Part shown: piece by piece, positions 1 through 12,679 of the stretch | How positions within the stretch are numbered: position 1 is the first letter of the stretch | Layout: each line of letters opens with the position of its first letter | Origin: Squalus acanthias | Taxonomy: Eukaryota | Length of the DNA stretch: 64,000 nt | NCBI GenBank assembly: GCA_030390025.1 | Contig: CM059433.1 | Coordinates: 8,930,001-8,994,000 of the forward strand | Reading direction: 5' to 3' | Program-made: the position numbers and the translations under genes | Notes under the pieces: model-generated | What the model was told of the DNA's origin: nothing | Seen by the model: the letters and a program-made list of their open reading frames with translations, nothing else | Database searches by the model: none

Positions 1-329
1 ATTATCGAGTATTTGTAATTCAAAACCAACCAAAACTGCAACATGTTTTTGTTGTCATACGTTGACATAGGGGCTTTCCATCAGAAAAGCATGACACAGG
101 GGATAAGGTTAATTTGTGTAGCGGAAGTGCATGTCATGCACAAGATTTTTGAAAATATATAGATAGATATTATAGGTAACATAATTATCAGCCTGCATCT
201 AGAGATAAGTGTAATAAGGATAAATGTCTTTTTTCTTGACAATTGTTTCTCCGTCAATTTTCGCCTCTTTCCTTCCCTCCCCTCATCTCCTCTCCTTAAG
301 ACGTTGAGTCTCTGTTGGGCGGTTACACT

Positions 330-765
330 GTCACTGGTCACTCTCCACTACCTTACCCAAGTGATCAATACTCATGTGTGAGCCTTGACAGCAGTGTCAG
401 CAAACTATTCAACCATGTGGAGTCAAACCTGATACTTCCAATGAGAGTTGCTGGTTAGTAATCAAAAACTCTGGCCGACTTTAAGATAAGAATTTGCAGG
501 GCTATGGGGAAGGAGCAGGGGAGTGGGACTAATTGGAGGGCTCTTTCAAAGAGCCGGCACAGGCACGATGGACTGAGAGGCCTCCTTCTGTGCTGTAAGA
601 TTCTATGAACTTTCCTCTTCCTAACCCAGAAGTTCTGAGGCCAAATTTAGCACCTCTATGGCTGCCCTACTTGAGATCAACTAGCTCAGCACAGGCCAGG
701 GATTGAACTTGGGGCCTTCCAATTCTGTATGGATTAGCTGTTTATTTGATAAACTGGCTGAGCCA
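330..765 (-). mobile_element. Old tRNA-headed SINE (AmnSINE2-like), interrupted by a CR1 3' tail
   Basis: Minus strand reads TGGCTCAG (A-box) ... AGTTCAATCCC (B-box-like), then GTGCTGAGCTAGTTGATCTC...; related head fragments at ~11545-11605 and ~37610-37670. Family name is from recall. Confidence 0.5.
481..610 (+). mobile_element. CR1 LINE 3' end fragment
   Basis: GCAGGGCTATGGGGAA...GAGCCGGCACAGGCACGATGG...GGCCTCCTTCTGTGCTG...TTCTATGA, same as other CR1 3' UTRs in the window. Confidence 0.8.
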
Positions 766-1287
766 AAATAAAAGCATTGGCCAAAAGTTTAATGAAATTG
801 GCTCTGGTGGGTGCTGAGTGGGCAGAAAACATACTACTCACACAAAGAAATTAATGAATTTCCAGATACCAAATTGGCCTATTTTAATACGATGAAGGAC
901 AAATATGAATAGATATGAGGTTAAGTTTGTATTGCTATAGATATAAATTTTAAAAGTACTATACTCGTAGCCAAAAGAAATAATGATTTTCCAGGCAACA
1001 AGTTAGCCTGTCTTAATCCATGGTGCTCTTATTTTATGAGATAATTTGGCATCTAATATGAGAACAAGAAGTGCAACACATGGTGGCCTTGCCATAAGAA
1101 GCCATTAACTTCATGGGAACAGAGAATAGTGAAGTTAAAGTAATAGGGAGGGAGATCAGGTTGGATGAGGTCACCGAACAACTGTTACACAGCAGATTAA
1201 TCATATTTTCAGTATTTTTCATCATATATTGCATCAAATTTTCCACACATACTGATTGTTCATAAGCGATTATATAGTCATGTAATG

Positions 1288-2349
1288 ACAACAACAACTT
1301 GTATTTATATAGCGCCTTTAACGTAGTAAAATGTCCCAAGGCGCTGCACAGGAGTATTTAAAGACAAAAAAATTTGACACCGAGCCACATAAGAATAAAT
1401 TAGGGCAGGTGACCCGAGTTAGGACACGGGCAGCCGAGTTTTGGATGACCTCGAGTTTACGTAGGGTGGAATGTGGGAGGCCAGCCAGGAGTGCGTTGGA
1501 ATAGTCAAGTCTAGAGGTAACAAAGGCATGGATGAGGGTTTCAGCAGCGGATGAGCTGAGGCAAGGGCGGAGACGGGCGATGTTACGGTGGTGGAAATAG
1601 GTGGTCTTTGTTATGCTGTGGATATGTGGTCGGAAGCTCATTTCAGAGTCAAATATGACACCAAGGTTGCGAACAGTGTGGTTCAGCCTCAGACAAATGT
1701 TAGGGAGAGGGATGGAGTCAGTGGCTAGGGAACGGAGTTTGGGGCGGGGACTGAAAACAATGGCTTCGGTTTTCCCAATATTTAATTGGAGAAAATTTTT
1801 GCTCATCCAGAACTGTATGTCGGACAAGCAGTCTGACAATTTAGAGACCGTGGAGGGTTCGAGAGAAGAGGTAGTGAGGTAGAGCTGGGTGTCGTCAGCG
1901 TACATGTGGAAACTGACGCTGTGTTTTCGGAAGATGTCGCCAAGGGGCAGCATGTAGATGAGAAATAGGAGGAGGCCAAGGATAGATCCTTGGGGGACAC
2001 CAGAGGTAACGATGCGGGAGTGGGACGAGAAGCCGTTGCAGGTGATTCTCTGCCTACGATTAGATAGATAAGAATGGAACCAGGTGAGTGCAGTCCCACC
2101 CAGCTGGACGACGGTGGAGAGGCGTTGGAGAAGGATGTCGTGGTCAACCATGTCAAAGGCTGCAGACAAGTCGAGAAGGACGAGGAGGGATAGTTTACCT
2201 TTGTCACAGTCACAAAGGATGTCATTTGTGACTTTGATGAGAGTTGTTTCGGTACTGTGGCAAGGGCGGAAACCTGATTGGAGGGATTCAAACATGGAGT
2301 TGCGGGAAAGATGGGCACGGATTTGGGAGGCGACAACACGTTCAAGGAC
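1288..2349 (-). mobile_element. L2 LINE fragment (5'-truncated, RT region, internal 3' deletion)
   Basis: ORF 1318-2379 has LQSGFRPCHSTET, LLDLSAAFD, GVPQGSILG, YADDTQLY and L2-type SRLDYSNALL; tail GGCGCTATATAAATACAAG(TTG)n at ~1290. Confidence 0.92.
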
Positions 2350-2704
2350 AATACAATAGCTAGAAGAATTAGTGTGCATACGTGCTCAAAATGTCCTATC
2401 TATTCAAAGAGCAAGGAGAACTCAATGGTCTAAAAGATACTGCTCACACGTGCGTTAATCATCACCACCACAGGAAGCAAGCACCAGCACAGATATGTGG
2501 CAATTCTGTAGCTGTCTTGCTGCTGCTGCTGGTTACTGATGAAATGGTACAAGTGGCTGTATAGCGAAACAGGGTCTCAAATACCTCCTCAATGCATCAG
2601 AGTGGTTGATTCTTGTATAGTTCCCCATAGGTGCCTGGAGGTGTCCTGTAACATAAAAAATGAGGGAAGGGCAGATCTTCATTATCACTGGTAATGACTA
2701 GCAG

Positions 2705-3619
2705 TTGACTAGCCCTGCAAGTCTTCATAGATCAGATGGTATACTAGCCCTCCAGGTCTTGTCTTCATGAATCAGATGGCATACTAGCCCTGCAGGTCTT
2801 GTCTTCATGAGTCAGATGGTATACTAGCCCTGCAGGTCTTCATGAGTCAGAGGTATACAAGCACCTGCAGGTCTTGACTTCATAGATCCAGATGGTATAC
2901 TAGCCCTGCAGGTCCTTCATGAGACAGATAGTATACTAAGCCCTGCAGTCTTGTCTTTAATAAGATCAGATGGCATACAAGCCCTGCAAGTCTTGTCTTC
3001 CGTGGATCAGATGGTATACTAGCCATGCAGGTCTTGTCTTCATAGATCAATGGTATACTAGCCCTGCAGGTCTTCATGAGTCAGACGGTATATTAGCCCT
3101 GCGAGTCTTCATGGATCAGATGGTATACTAGCCCTGCAGGTCTTGTCTTCATGAGTCAGACGGTATATTAGCCCTGCGGGTCTTCATGGATCAGATGGTA
3201 TACTAGCCCTGCAGGTCTTGTCTTCATGAGTCAGATGGTATACTAGCCCTGCAGGTCTTCATGAGTCAGATGGTATACTAGCCCTGCAGGTCTTCATGAG
3301 TCAGATGGTATACTAGCCCGGCAGGTCTTGTCTTAATAGATGAGATGGCATACTAGCCCTGCAGGTCTTGTCTTCATGGATCAGATGGTATACTAGCCCT
3401 GCAGGTCTTGTCTTCATGAGTCAGATGGTATACTAGCCCTGCAGGTCTTGTCTTCATAGATCAGATGGTATACTAGCCCTGCAGGTCTTCATGAGTCAGA
3501 CGGTATATTAGCCCTGCGGGTCTTCATGGATCAGATGGTATACTAGCCCTGCAGGTCTTGTCTTCATGAATCAGGCGGTATACTAGCCCTGCGGATCTTC
3601 ATGGATCAGATGGTATACT
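2705..3619 (+). repeat. Minisatellite, 40-bp/35-bp units (consensus TCAGATGGTATACTAGCCCTGCAGGTCTT[GTCTT]CATGAG)
   Basis: About two dozen head-to-tail copies with no unique spacers. Confidence 0.95.
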
Positions 3620-4299
3620 TCAGCCGCAACCTCCCTGCTGAGGCTTGCCATGAATTACTGCTCTGTGATGGCCAGGTAAGTGATATATCTGCAATCCTCT
3701 TGCTGGAATAGATTGGTCTGTGATTCATGTATCTCCTACTCCCTTTGACAACAGATAGCCGACAATGGCTGTAGCACCCATGCCATTAAGCTGAAAACTC
3801 CTCTGTACTTTTCACTTCCATCGGTGCTGGGTGATATTTCAAAAATCCTGCCCTTCCTCAATAGATTAACACCAAGTCTGGCCTGATTTCAGAACTCACA
3901 TTTAATTTATACCGACCCACTCACCTACCACCTCCACACACATTCGTCTTTAAGAAGGAATTTTTCTTCTGCTAATTTCCACAAACATATTTTAGGAAGG
4001 TAGCAAGATTCAGCGTAGAGGTACAAATGATCTAAAAGTCCATGACTGCTTCTACTGGTATAGCTAGCTGTTTATTCACGTTTTTTTTTGTTAAAATTAA
4101 CCCACAGAGGAAAATATTCCTCCAAAGGAAGTAACAGCTGGCTATAGAATGGATAAGTAACTAATCCTGAGTATTTGCCCAGAGTTGAGGAAGGATCATA
4201 TTAATCTTTGAGCAGCTTTGCTTTACCAGAAGCAGTGAGAGTGTCCACTGGGCTTACATTTTATTTCAGAGCTCAGAGTGAAGCTTAGTCTTAGACCTC

Positions 4300-4560
4300 A
4301 CCAGACACTAACATGTCAGTGGAGCTTGGGAGAGGATATGGGTGATAGGAGTGTAGGACTCAGTGCAGGTGAGGACTCGGGCTGCCGTGGTTTGGATGAG
4401 TTGAAGGTGTGGAGGCCGACGAGAAGAACATTGCAGATGTCAAGGCTTGAGGTGAAGGCGGCATGGCCAAGGGTTCTGTCAGCAGGAGAAAGTCATTATT
4501 AAGCAGTAGGTGTGGAGGGAGAACTCAGGATTGAGCAGGACACCAAGGCAGCTTCAGATA
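4300..4560 (-). mobile_element. Degenerate L2 fragment
   Basis: Resembles the L2 at 1430-1680 (TTGGATGA..., TCAAG..CTTGAGGTGA..GGCATGG, GACACCAAGG). Confidence 0.55.
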
Positions 4561-4881
4561 GCAGGTAAGGAGTTGAGTGGAGTTAAGGCCAGAAATGCAG
4601 GTAAAAGTGAATAATTAATATTTTATATATTTTTGTATTATTGCTACCCTACGCATTCGTATAAATTAACTCATCAATGAGATTTCCTCTTTTTTTTTGT
4701 TTCGACCATCTATTGACTGCACTGAGCTGGTAATTGGCACCCTTTCTCCACATTGCTCAAAACTGTTACCAGCTAGAACTCCTTGTAGTCCACTGACACC
4801 CAGCCTGGCAGAATAGTTGGGGAAGCTCAAGAGCCAAGTGCCAGTGTGTTGGTTGTACCATTCCTTCAGGAGGATAACTAT

Positions 4882-5307
4882 GGGCTGGATTTTGTCAATG
4901 GGGGCGCGTTGGGGGCGGGACTGCTGGTTATTGGGTTTTAGTCCTGCCCCCAACGACGTCCGGCCAACCCATGCTACTTTCCCTTGATTGACCTTGTTAA
5001 GCCCGCCCCCCACCTAGAAGGACAAGGGCAACAGGCGCATGGGAACACCACCACCTCCAAGTGCCCCTCCAAGTCACACACCATCCTCTTAACTGCCTGT
5101 TAACTACCTGTTAACAGGCAGTTAAATGGCTGTAATCCCATTCCCGCCTCGAGGAGATGGGGCCCTGCGCGACTCGGGGACCCATCTTCCGGGAAGATGG
5201 CACGGAGGTGGGTTGCGAGCGGGTTCGGTACCCGCTCCCAGTTTCTGCCATTTTCCCGGCAGTCCCGTCTCCATACCCGCCTCCCCAGGGCTGGGAAAAT
5301 TCCCCCC
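4882..5307. mobile_element. PIF/Harbinger-type MITE containing a small LINE fragment (~5011-5088)
   Basis: Ends GGGCTGGATTTT ... AAAATTCCCCCC, flanked by a 3-bp TAT/TAT duplication. Confidence 0.75.
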
Positions 5308-5521
5308 TATGTGTAGGATTCTCGTACTAAAGGTCTCCCTTCACACCCCGTCACGTGTCTGTTTTTGAAATACTGTTTGTTTTCCTATTATTAGGGTAGA
5401 TTTTATGACTTAGTGCTTCTGTGCAGAGCCTTGCATGACAAGAACACATATCGGGCATTCGGAATTAATGGATGATAAATAGTGTGGGACACATAGCTCA
5501 AATTCCTGATTCATCGTCCTA

Positions 5522-5765
5522 TCTTCTTTACCCAGGGAGTGGTTAGAATGTGGAACTCGCTACCACAGGGAGTGGTTGAGGCGAATAACATAGATACATT
5601 GAAGGGGAAGCTTGATAAGCACATGAGGGAGAAAGGAATAGAAGGTTATGCTGATAGGTTAAGATGAAGTAAGGTGAGAGGAGGCTCGTGTGGAGCATAA
5701 ACACCGGCATAGACCAGTTGGGCCGAATGGCCTGTTTCCGTGCTGTAAATTCGATGTAATTCTAT
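5522..5765 (+). mobile_element. CR1 LINE 3' fragment
   Basis: Encodes FFTQGVVRMWNSLPQGVVEA; GGGCCGAATGGCC hairpin and tail. Confidence 0.85.
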
Positions 5766-6195
5766 CACGCAAAGCTCCACAATGGGAGTGTTAATTCCCC
5801 AAAATCTACTGCGCAATCAGTACTAAAGTTACCTGCTTAATTTTTCTTTAGATAAGGACATGAAGTATGAAACAAAGTAAAAAGCCATTTGGCTCATCAT
5901 GTCTGCTGCTTCCAACAATCTCGTGTACAATTTACATTACAATTGACGATGCTCAACTCATTTAATCTATTGAAAGAAGGGAGTAATCAAAGGCAAAACT
6001 TTCAAGAAGATAAAGCACGACAACCATGGAGGGTCAAGGGAATTGATTTTCATTCATTTAAATTGGCGTCGATAGACTTACCGCCCAGAAACGATCTGGC
6101 TGCCACCATTTTTACAGGCCCCTTCTAAGAGGCAAATTGGGGTCCGAGGACATGCAGAGGACCACGTTTGCCATTCTAGGATAGAACTGGTCAGA

Positions 6196-6740
6196 GTTCT
6201 ACAAGGCACAAGTAAGGAGTGTGATGGAATACTCTCCACTTGCCTGGGTGAGTGCAGCTCCAACAACACTCAAGAAGCTCGACACCATCCAGGACAAAGC
6301 AGCCCGCTTGATTGGCACCCCATCCACCACCTTAAACATTCACTCCCTCCACCACCGGTGCACCGTGGCTGCAGTGTGTACCATCTACAAGATGCACTGC
6401 AGCAACTCGCCAAGGCTTCTTCGGCAGCACCTTCCAAACCCGCGACCTCTTCCACCTAGAAGGACAAGGGCAGCAGGCGCATGGGAACACCAGCACCTCC
6501 AAGTTCCCCTCCAAGTCACACACCATCCTGACTTAGAAGTATATCGGCCATTCCTTCATCGTCGCTGGGTCAAAATCCCGGAACTCCCTCCCTAACAGCA
6601 CTGTGGGAGCACCTTCACCACACGGACTGCAGCGGTTCAAGAAGGCGGCTCACCACCGCCTTCTCAAGGGGCAACTAGGGATGGGCAATAAATGCTGGCC
6701 TCGCCAGCGACGCCCAGATCCCATAAACGAATTTAAAAAA
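6196..6740 (+). mobile_element. CR1/L2-group (Zenon/Crack-like) LINE 3' fragment within a Harbinger-like MITE (~6070-7118)
   Basis: ORF2 C-terminus MEYSPLAW...IQDKAARLI...SLHHRCTVAAVCTIYKMHC; shared 3' end GCCAGCGACGCCC(A)..AAAAA; six copies in the window. Confidence 0.85.
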
Positions 6741-7397
6741 TGTTGTGGTACAGCCAAAGAAATGGTCAATTTTAAATTATTTTTGTGGGGCCAGGTCGAG
6801 CAGGTCCTTTGGGCCCCACATAAATAATCGGAGCCACCGCTGCACTGGGCTCTGCCCCTTCCGCAATCGCAAACCTCCTCCTCCCCCACCCACCCCCCCC
6901 CCCCCCGCCAAGCACTTGCCTTGCTGCCTCCGGGACGCCTGATGTTGCACCAGCCCGGCTCTGACCAGCTGCATCGGGACAGCAGTTTGGCGAGCTGGTC
7001 CTGTGTAAATTAGGCCCTAGGCCTCAAAAATGGCTCCAGCCTCTTCGCTGCCGGAACCAGGTGGGCAACAGGCCCACTCTGCCGGTCGGCCACCCACCCA
7101 ATAGTTGAAATCTACACCGAGCAGTGCAAGAGTAACAGGTTACGAGAACACACTTTGTGACAGGCATACTTGGAAACAGACACTCGCTATCAGAAGCTGT
7201 TGCGTAGCATTACCGAGGCACCTTCATGCCATCATTTTTTTTTTCCCATTTGTAGCCAAGTCCTCTGGGTCTTGCAGAGAGCAATCACCCTGTCAGATAT
7301 CTCCTGCAGGCATTTTGGACAGCTTGTCTCTGGGTAGGGTGTTATTTAGTGCCAGCGAGGGCAGCCCTCCTTTGCATCGCTGGAATACATTAGCATC

Positions 7398-7439
7398 TCA
7401 AGGACACCGTCGCAAGTATGCGCTTTCAAGAACTCTTCG
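7398..7439 (-). CDS. Candidate terminal coding exon of an unidentified host gene (RRVLESAYLRRCP*)
   Basis: Acceptor ...ttatttctcaccAG; phase 0, compatible with the exon at 11403-11470; unique sequence. Confidence 0.3.
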   Translation of the reverse strand, partial: RRVLESAYLRRCP

Positions 7440-9034
7440 CTGGTGAGAAATAATGTGAATCTTAAAACTCCTTTCCTTCAGTTCGTATGAAACGGGAGTT
7501 TAATTCAGAGGATCCGTTGATTTGAATTTCAAATTTCTCTTTCATTTCTTGAATCAAGGCACTTTATCTGTCGGTCACGAGGCAACATTATACGGAGTTT
7601 TGCTGCAGCTTAATTGCCACTGTCTTTTGTAGCCTGCTGAAGTTACTTTTTAAGGAAATCGCACCATCTTAAAAACATGACTTCAATGGAAAAGAAAATT
7701 GGGCGGGGGTGATAAAAACAGGCTGCCAATTCGCTGTGAGCCCGTTTCACACGACTGGCAAACACCAATTTCACCCCGAGTTATTTTTTCATTGTGTCGA
7801 AATCCTGAGTGAATTTCACTGACTCGGTTCACAAAATGCCACACGACGGTAAGAATTCGCCTGGCGGTTTCCTACAGTCACGTTGCAAATACATTCACAA
7901 CGAGATTTCCTTTGTTGGCTCTTTCTAACAAACTGTGGACATTGTTTTAAGAATGTGTTTTACAATGTCACTAAAAACAGCGGCCGGAAGAATTCTCACG
8001 CCGTGACTGTAAAATGTACGTTATTCTTAAGTTAAAAAAACAAACGAACCCAGTCTTTTAAACACTGGAAAGAACGGACAGAAAAATAAGCAGAGTTAAT
8101 CAAAAGATACAAAAGAAAGAAAGAAGCGAGCGACAAAAAGCAAAAGAAGGGCAGAGAGAGAGAGAGAGAGAAAGCAAAAAGAAGAAAGAAAAAGAGATAA
8201 GAGACAGAAGGATGGAGTAAGTATGGTTTTGACAGATTTTATCCTATTGTCACCATCTGTACAACACGACTCCATGGTCTCTTTCATGGGAACAAAGCTG
8301 TGAGCAGATTCCAGCAGTTACTCCATTCACCATTCATTCACAGGCTCATCAGCTCCATATGGATGCAAACAACTGCTGGGCTGAATCAGGATTTCTTTCC
8401 CAGAATTGACATGGTAATGAAGTCATAGGCTTGTTCTCCGAAAGGACCTCCATGGGTACTCCCCCCCCCCCCCTCCCCTCCCCTGTAACAAATCCAACCT
8501 TTTCACCCCATTCACTTCCCAAAATTATCTCATAACTCTGCAACATCTGTGAGTGGCTAATTCGTCTTTGAGTGCCTGGTAATGGTTTATTAGCTTTCCA
8601 TGCACTACATGCTAGTTAACACTGGGCGACAAGAACCACTACAGGACCCATGTGGACACATGGAAATTTGCAAGTCACACCACACAATATATATATATAT
8701 ATATATATATATGGCTTTACACCACACCTGCAGCCAAAACGAGTGCTATAATGGCATTGTAGCAGTGACGCCAGCAGGGATTTAACAACTAGCCAGGCCC
8801 AGTCAGAGCAAGATAAACAATGAACTCCACCACTCCCCTCTTCCCTCAGGATACACCACAATACTTCGCATAATATCATGCTCTAGATTTAGCCATTCCT
8901 TCTAAAGCTTAAAAGAAAAGCCATCAACAGCAGCTTTTATACTGCATTACAACCAGTGCTAGTGGAAACCTGCTCCTGACATGTGGGCCTCGCACAGCTG
9001 GTTGCAACCTGAAAGTTAGCTTGCTCATACTTTC

Positions 9035-9670
9035 TTTTTATTCACTTATGGGATCTGGGTGTCGCTGGCAAGGCCAGCATTTATTGCCCAGCCCTAGTTG
9101 CCCTTGAGAAGGTGGTGGTGAGCCGCCTTCTTGAACCGCTGCAGTCCGTGTGGTGAAGGTACTCCCACAGTGCTGTTAGTGAGGGAGCTCCAGGATTTTG
9201 ACCCAGCGACGATGAAGGATCGGGCGATATACTTCCAAGTCAGGATGGTGTGTGACTTGGAGGGTAACTTGGAGCTGGTGGTGTTCCCATGCGTCTGCTG
9301 CCCTTGTCCTTCTCGGTGGAAGAGGTCGCGGGTTTGGGAGGTGCTGCCGAAGAAGCCTTGGCGAGTTGCTGCAGTGCATCTTGTCGATGGTACACACTGC
9401 AGCCACGGTACGCCGGTGGTGGAGGGAGTGAATGTTTAAGGTGGTGGATGGGGTACCTATCAAGCGGGCTGCTTTGTCCTGGATGGTGTTGAGCTTCTTG
9501 AGTGTTGTTGGAGCTGCACTCATCCAGGCAAGTGGAGAGTATTCCATCACACTCCTGACTTGTGCCTTGTAGATGGTGGAAAGGCTTTGGGGAGTCAGGA
9601 GGTGAGACAGTCACCGCAGAATACCCAGCCTCTGACCTGCTCTTGTAGCTATAGTATTTATGTGGCTGGT
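9035..9670 (-). mobile_element. CR1/L2-group (Zenon/Crack-like) LINE 3' fragment
   Basis: ORF 9176-9550 is nearly identical to 6221-6595. Confidence 0.88.
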
Positions 9671-9671
9671 A

Positions 9672-10520
9672 CCGGCTATCTGTGGAGCAATCCAGTCAGT
9701 CCCATTCCCCTGCTCTTTCATACGAACATACGAATTAGGAGCAGGAGTCGGCCACTCGGCCCCTCGAGCCTGCTCCGCCATTCAATAAGATCATGGCTGA
9801 TCTGATTACTCCACATTCCCGCCTAACCCCGATAACCTTTCACCCCCTTGCTTACCAAGAATCTATCTACCTCTGCCTTAAAAATATTCAAAGACTCTGC
9901 TTCCACCGCCCTCTGAGGAAGAGAGTTCCAAAGACTCACGACCCTCTGAGAAAAAATTTCTCCTCATCTCTGTCTTAAATGGGCGACCCCTTATTTTTAA
10001 ACAGTGACCCCTAGTTCTAGATTCTCCCACAAGAGGAAATATCCTCTCCACATCCACCCTGTCCAGACCCCTCAGGATCTTACATGTTTCAATCAAGTCA
10101 CCTCTTACTCTTCTAAACTCCAGCGGACACAAGCCTAGCCTGTCCAACCTTTCCTCATAAGACAACCCGCCCATTCCAGGTATTAGTCTAGTAAACCTTC
10201 TCTGAACTGCTTCCAACGCATTTACATCCTTCCTTAAATAAGGAGACCAATACTGTACACAGTACTGCAGATGTGGTCTCGCCAATGTCCTGTATAACTG
10301 AAGCATAACCTCCCTACTTTTGCATTCAATTCCCCTTGCAATAAACACTAACATTCTATTAGCTTTCCTAATTACTTGCTGTACCTGCATTTCCCAGTAG
10401 CCCTGCAAGTTTATTTCCCTCAAGTGCCTATCCAGTCTCCCCTTGAAAACATTGAGTGTTTCCGCTTCCACCACTTCCGTCGGCAGTGAGTTCCAGGTCC
10501 TCACCACTCGCTGCATAAAA
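9672..10520 (-). mobile_element. Two nested CR1 3' fragments
   Basis: ORF 9878-10516 fuses one CR1 end (WNSLPTEVVEA) to another (RPHLQYCVQYWSP...FKTEMRRNFF); microsatellite-like tail at ~9719. Confidence 0.88.
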
Positions 10521-10525
10521 ATAGG

Positions 10526-10975
10526 AGAAGTCGCACAACACCAGGTTATAGTCCAACAGTTTTATTTGAAATTACGAGCTTTCGGAGCGTTGCTCCTTCG
10601 TCAGGTAAAGTGAGGGAATACAGATCAGTTACAAGGCATATATAGACAGAGAACAATGTGTCTGCAGAGATACAATCAGTCAGGGAGGCATTACATCAAA
10701 GACACAGCAGAATACAGCTAAGACAATGAGGTGGGGTCACAGGGGGTCCAACATGTCAAATGCTGCAGTCTGCAGTTAAGCTTTTTACTTTTTTTTATTT
10801 TTATTTTTTTTTAAACTGGAAATCACATCTGTGAACAAGACAACGACGACTCTAGTCTGGACTCTAGTCTCGACTCTAGTCACGTCCTGTAGCGTGACAT
10901 GAAACCGAGATCCCGGTTGAGGCCGTCCTCATGGGTGCGTACCTTGGCTATCAGTTTCTGCTCGATGATTTTGCG
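10526..10975 (-). mobile_element. 5'-truncated Penelope-like element (GIY-YIG C-terminus, 3' UTR/pLTR)
   Basis: Minus strand 10975-10880 encodes RKIIEQKLIAKVRTHEDGLNRDLGFMSRYRT*; hammerhead motif near the end; AATAGG duplicated at 10520-10525 and 10976-10981. Confidence 0.88.
10570..10608 (-). ncRNA. Minimal type-I hammerhead ribozyme motif in the Penelope terminus
   Basis: TTAC-CTGACGA-AGGAGC-AAC-GCTCC-GAAA-GCTC-GTAA: core CUGANGA/GAAA, stem II GGAGC/GCUCC, palindromic AGCU stem III, CUC triplet, stem I UUAC/GUAA. Confidence 0.75.
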
Positions 10976-11402
10976 AATAGGGTTTGGGTAAAATAGTGTG
11001 GAGTGTCGTGTCACAAAAAGCATTCAGCCCCCATTATCACCAACCGTAATTTCTGCGCTTTAGCTTGAGGTTCTCTGCAAGGAATTCTATTTGAGGATTT
11101 GCAAGCAGCAAAACGATTTACATTTGTGACCAACTGGCCCAGTTAGCCACTTCAAAACTTTTTTCTCCTAAAACAAGTTGTTAGACGTTTCCGAATGAGG
11201 CTGTGAAAAAATGTGTTAATCTGTGTGGTATTAAGCCAGTGGTTTGGTTTGCGGACTGGATTCCATGAATCCTGGGAATCCACAAAAGGCTTCCAGGGGT
11301 CGAAATGCTCGTAACGTAAAATCTGGATTTCTGTCAGTACATTTGGAATCCCGACAGACCAGCATTCCAAGCACATTTCCAGTACCATTGACACGTGCTT
11401 AC

Positions 11403-11470
11403 TGCACTGAGAGCACCGTCTACATTAGGATCGCTGGTGCGGTCCTTCCAGAAGTTGTAGGACTGGAGGT
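11403..11470 (-). CDS. Candidate internal exon (phase 1 to 0): DLQSYNFWKDRTSDPNVDGALSA
   Basis: Acceptor ttttttgtaaactttgacacccttccgcAG, donor GCA|GTAAGC; only one frame is open. Confidence 0.45.
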
Positions 11471-11637
11471 CTGCGGAAGGGTGTCAAAGTTTACAAAAAA
11501 TCCCCCATAGAGGAATGTTTAACAACTACTGTGTTTAGTCGTACAGATGGGAGAGGTCCTAGAATATCCAATCTTTGCTGAGTTAGCTTCTCTCAACCGG
11601 GGAACAACCTTATCACATCTATAGAGCGACTGCCTGG

Positions 11638-12095
11638 CTGTCGGATGTGGCTCAGTGGGTAGCACACTTGCCTCTGTGTCATGAAGGTTGTGGGTTCAAG
11701 TCCCACTCCAGGATACTTGAGCACATAAACCTAGGTTGACACTCCAGTGTCAGTGCTGAGGGAGTGCCACGCTGTCGGAGGTGCGGCGTTAAACTGAGGC
11801 CCCGTCTGCTCTCTCAGGTGGACGTAAAAGATCCAGTAACACTATTTTAAAGAAGAGCAGGGGAGTTATCCCCGGTATCCTGGCCGATATACCCCTCAGA
11901 GCAAACATAACAAAAACGGATTATCTGATCATTATCACATTGCTGTTTGTGGGAGCTTGCTGTGCGCAGCTTGGCTGCCACGTTTCCCACATTACGACAG
12001 TGACTCCACTTCAAAGAAGTACTTCATTGGCTGTAAAGCGCTTTGAGACGTCTGGTGGTCGTGAAAGGCGCTATATAAATGTAAGTCTTTCTTTC
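11638..12095 (+). mobile_element. DeuSINE (SacSINE1-like)
   Basis: tRNA head TGGCTCAGTGGG / GGTTCAAGTCCC; Deu domain (GGAGGTGC...TCTCAGGTGGACGTAAAAGATCC...GAAGAGCAGGGGAG); L2-type tail GGCGCTATATAAAT and (CTTT)n. Confidence 0.88.
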
Positions 12096-12679
12096 AAAAG
12101 TAATCCACTAGTTGTAAAGCACTTTGCCAAGTCCTGAGGATGTGCTAAGGAGATATATAAATGCGAGTTCTTTCTTTACACAGATCCTCTTACTCTTACA
12201 TTTTATTGCATTCTTGGCTCTTCCAGCTCTTGTTCTCCCTCCCCCTCACTTTGTCCAGTTGAATTGTGAGACTAACTTAACTTCCAGTTTTCAGTTCTGA
12301 TGGCATTGTCTAAAGCTGTAACATTACCCAGTCTTTTCTCCTTACGGGTGACAATGGATTGCTGCGTCTTTCCAGCCTTTTCTGTTCTTATTTCAGATTG
12401 CCAGCAATCGCAGTATTGCTTCTTTTTTATCTCTACAATTTACTTAATCTCCTGATGGAAAGTTCTCCAATGTTTCTCATTGCTGTCCGCGCACCCACCC
12501 CCGCCACCCCAACCACCCCTCCCGCCAAGATAATAATCGAGAAAAAGAATGCTTATCCGACTTGATGACCCACTTTATTTTTGCACAGTTGCTTTCCGTG
12601 GGATGTTCCTTCCACGGTCCCAGCAGCTCAGTCCCCCAGTGTGTTCTACAGAGTATTTGATCACCTCCTGTATACTTAC

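Noticed and set aside
2705..3619. CRISPR-like array of ~35-40-bp repeats
   Set aside because: Units are contiguous with no unique spacers; no cas genes; eukaryotic context
11638..11715. tRNA gene (also ~23964 and ~41520)
   Set aside because: tRNA-derived SINE heads continuing into the Deu domain
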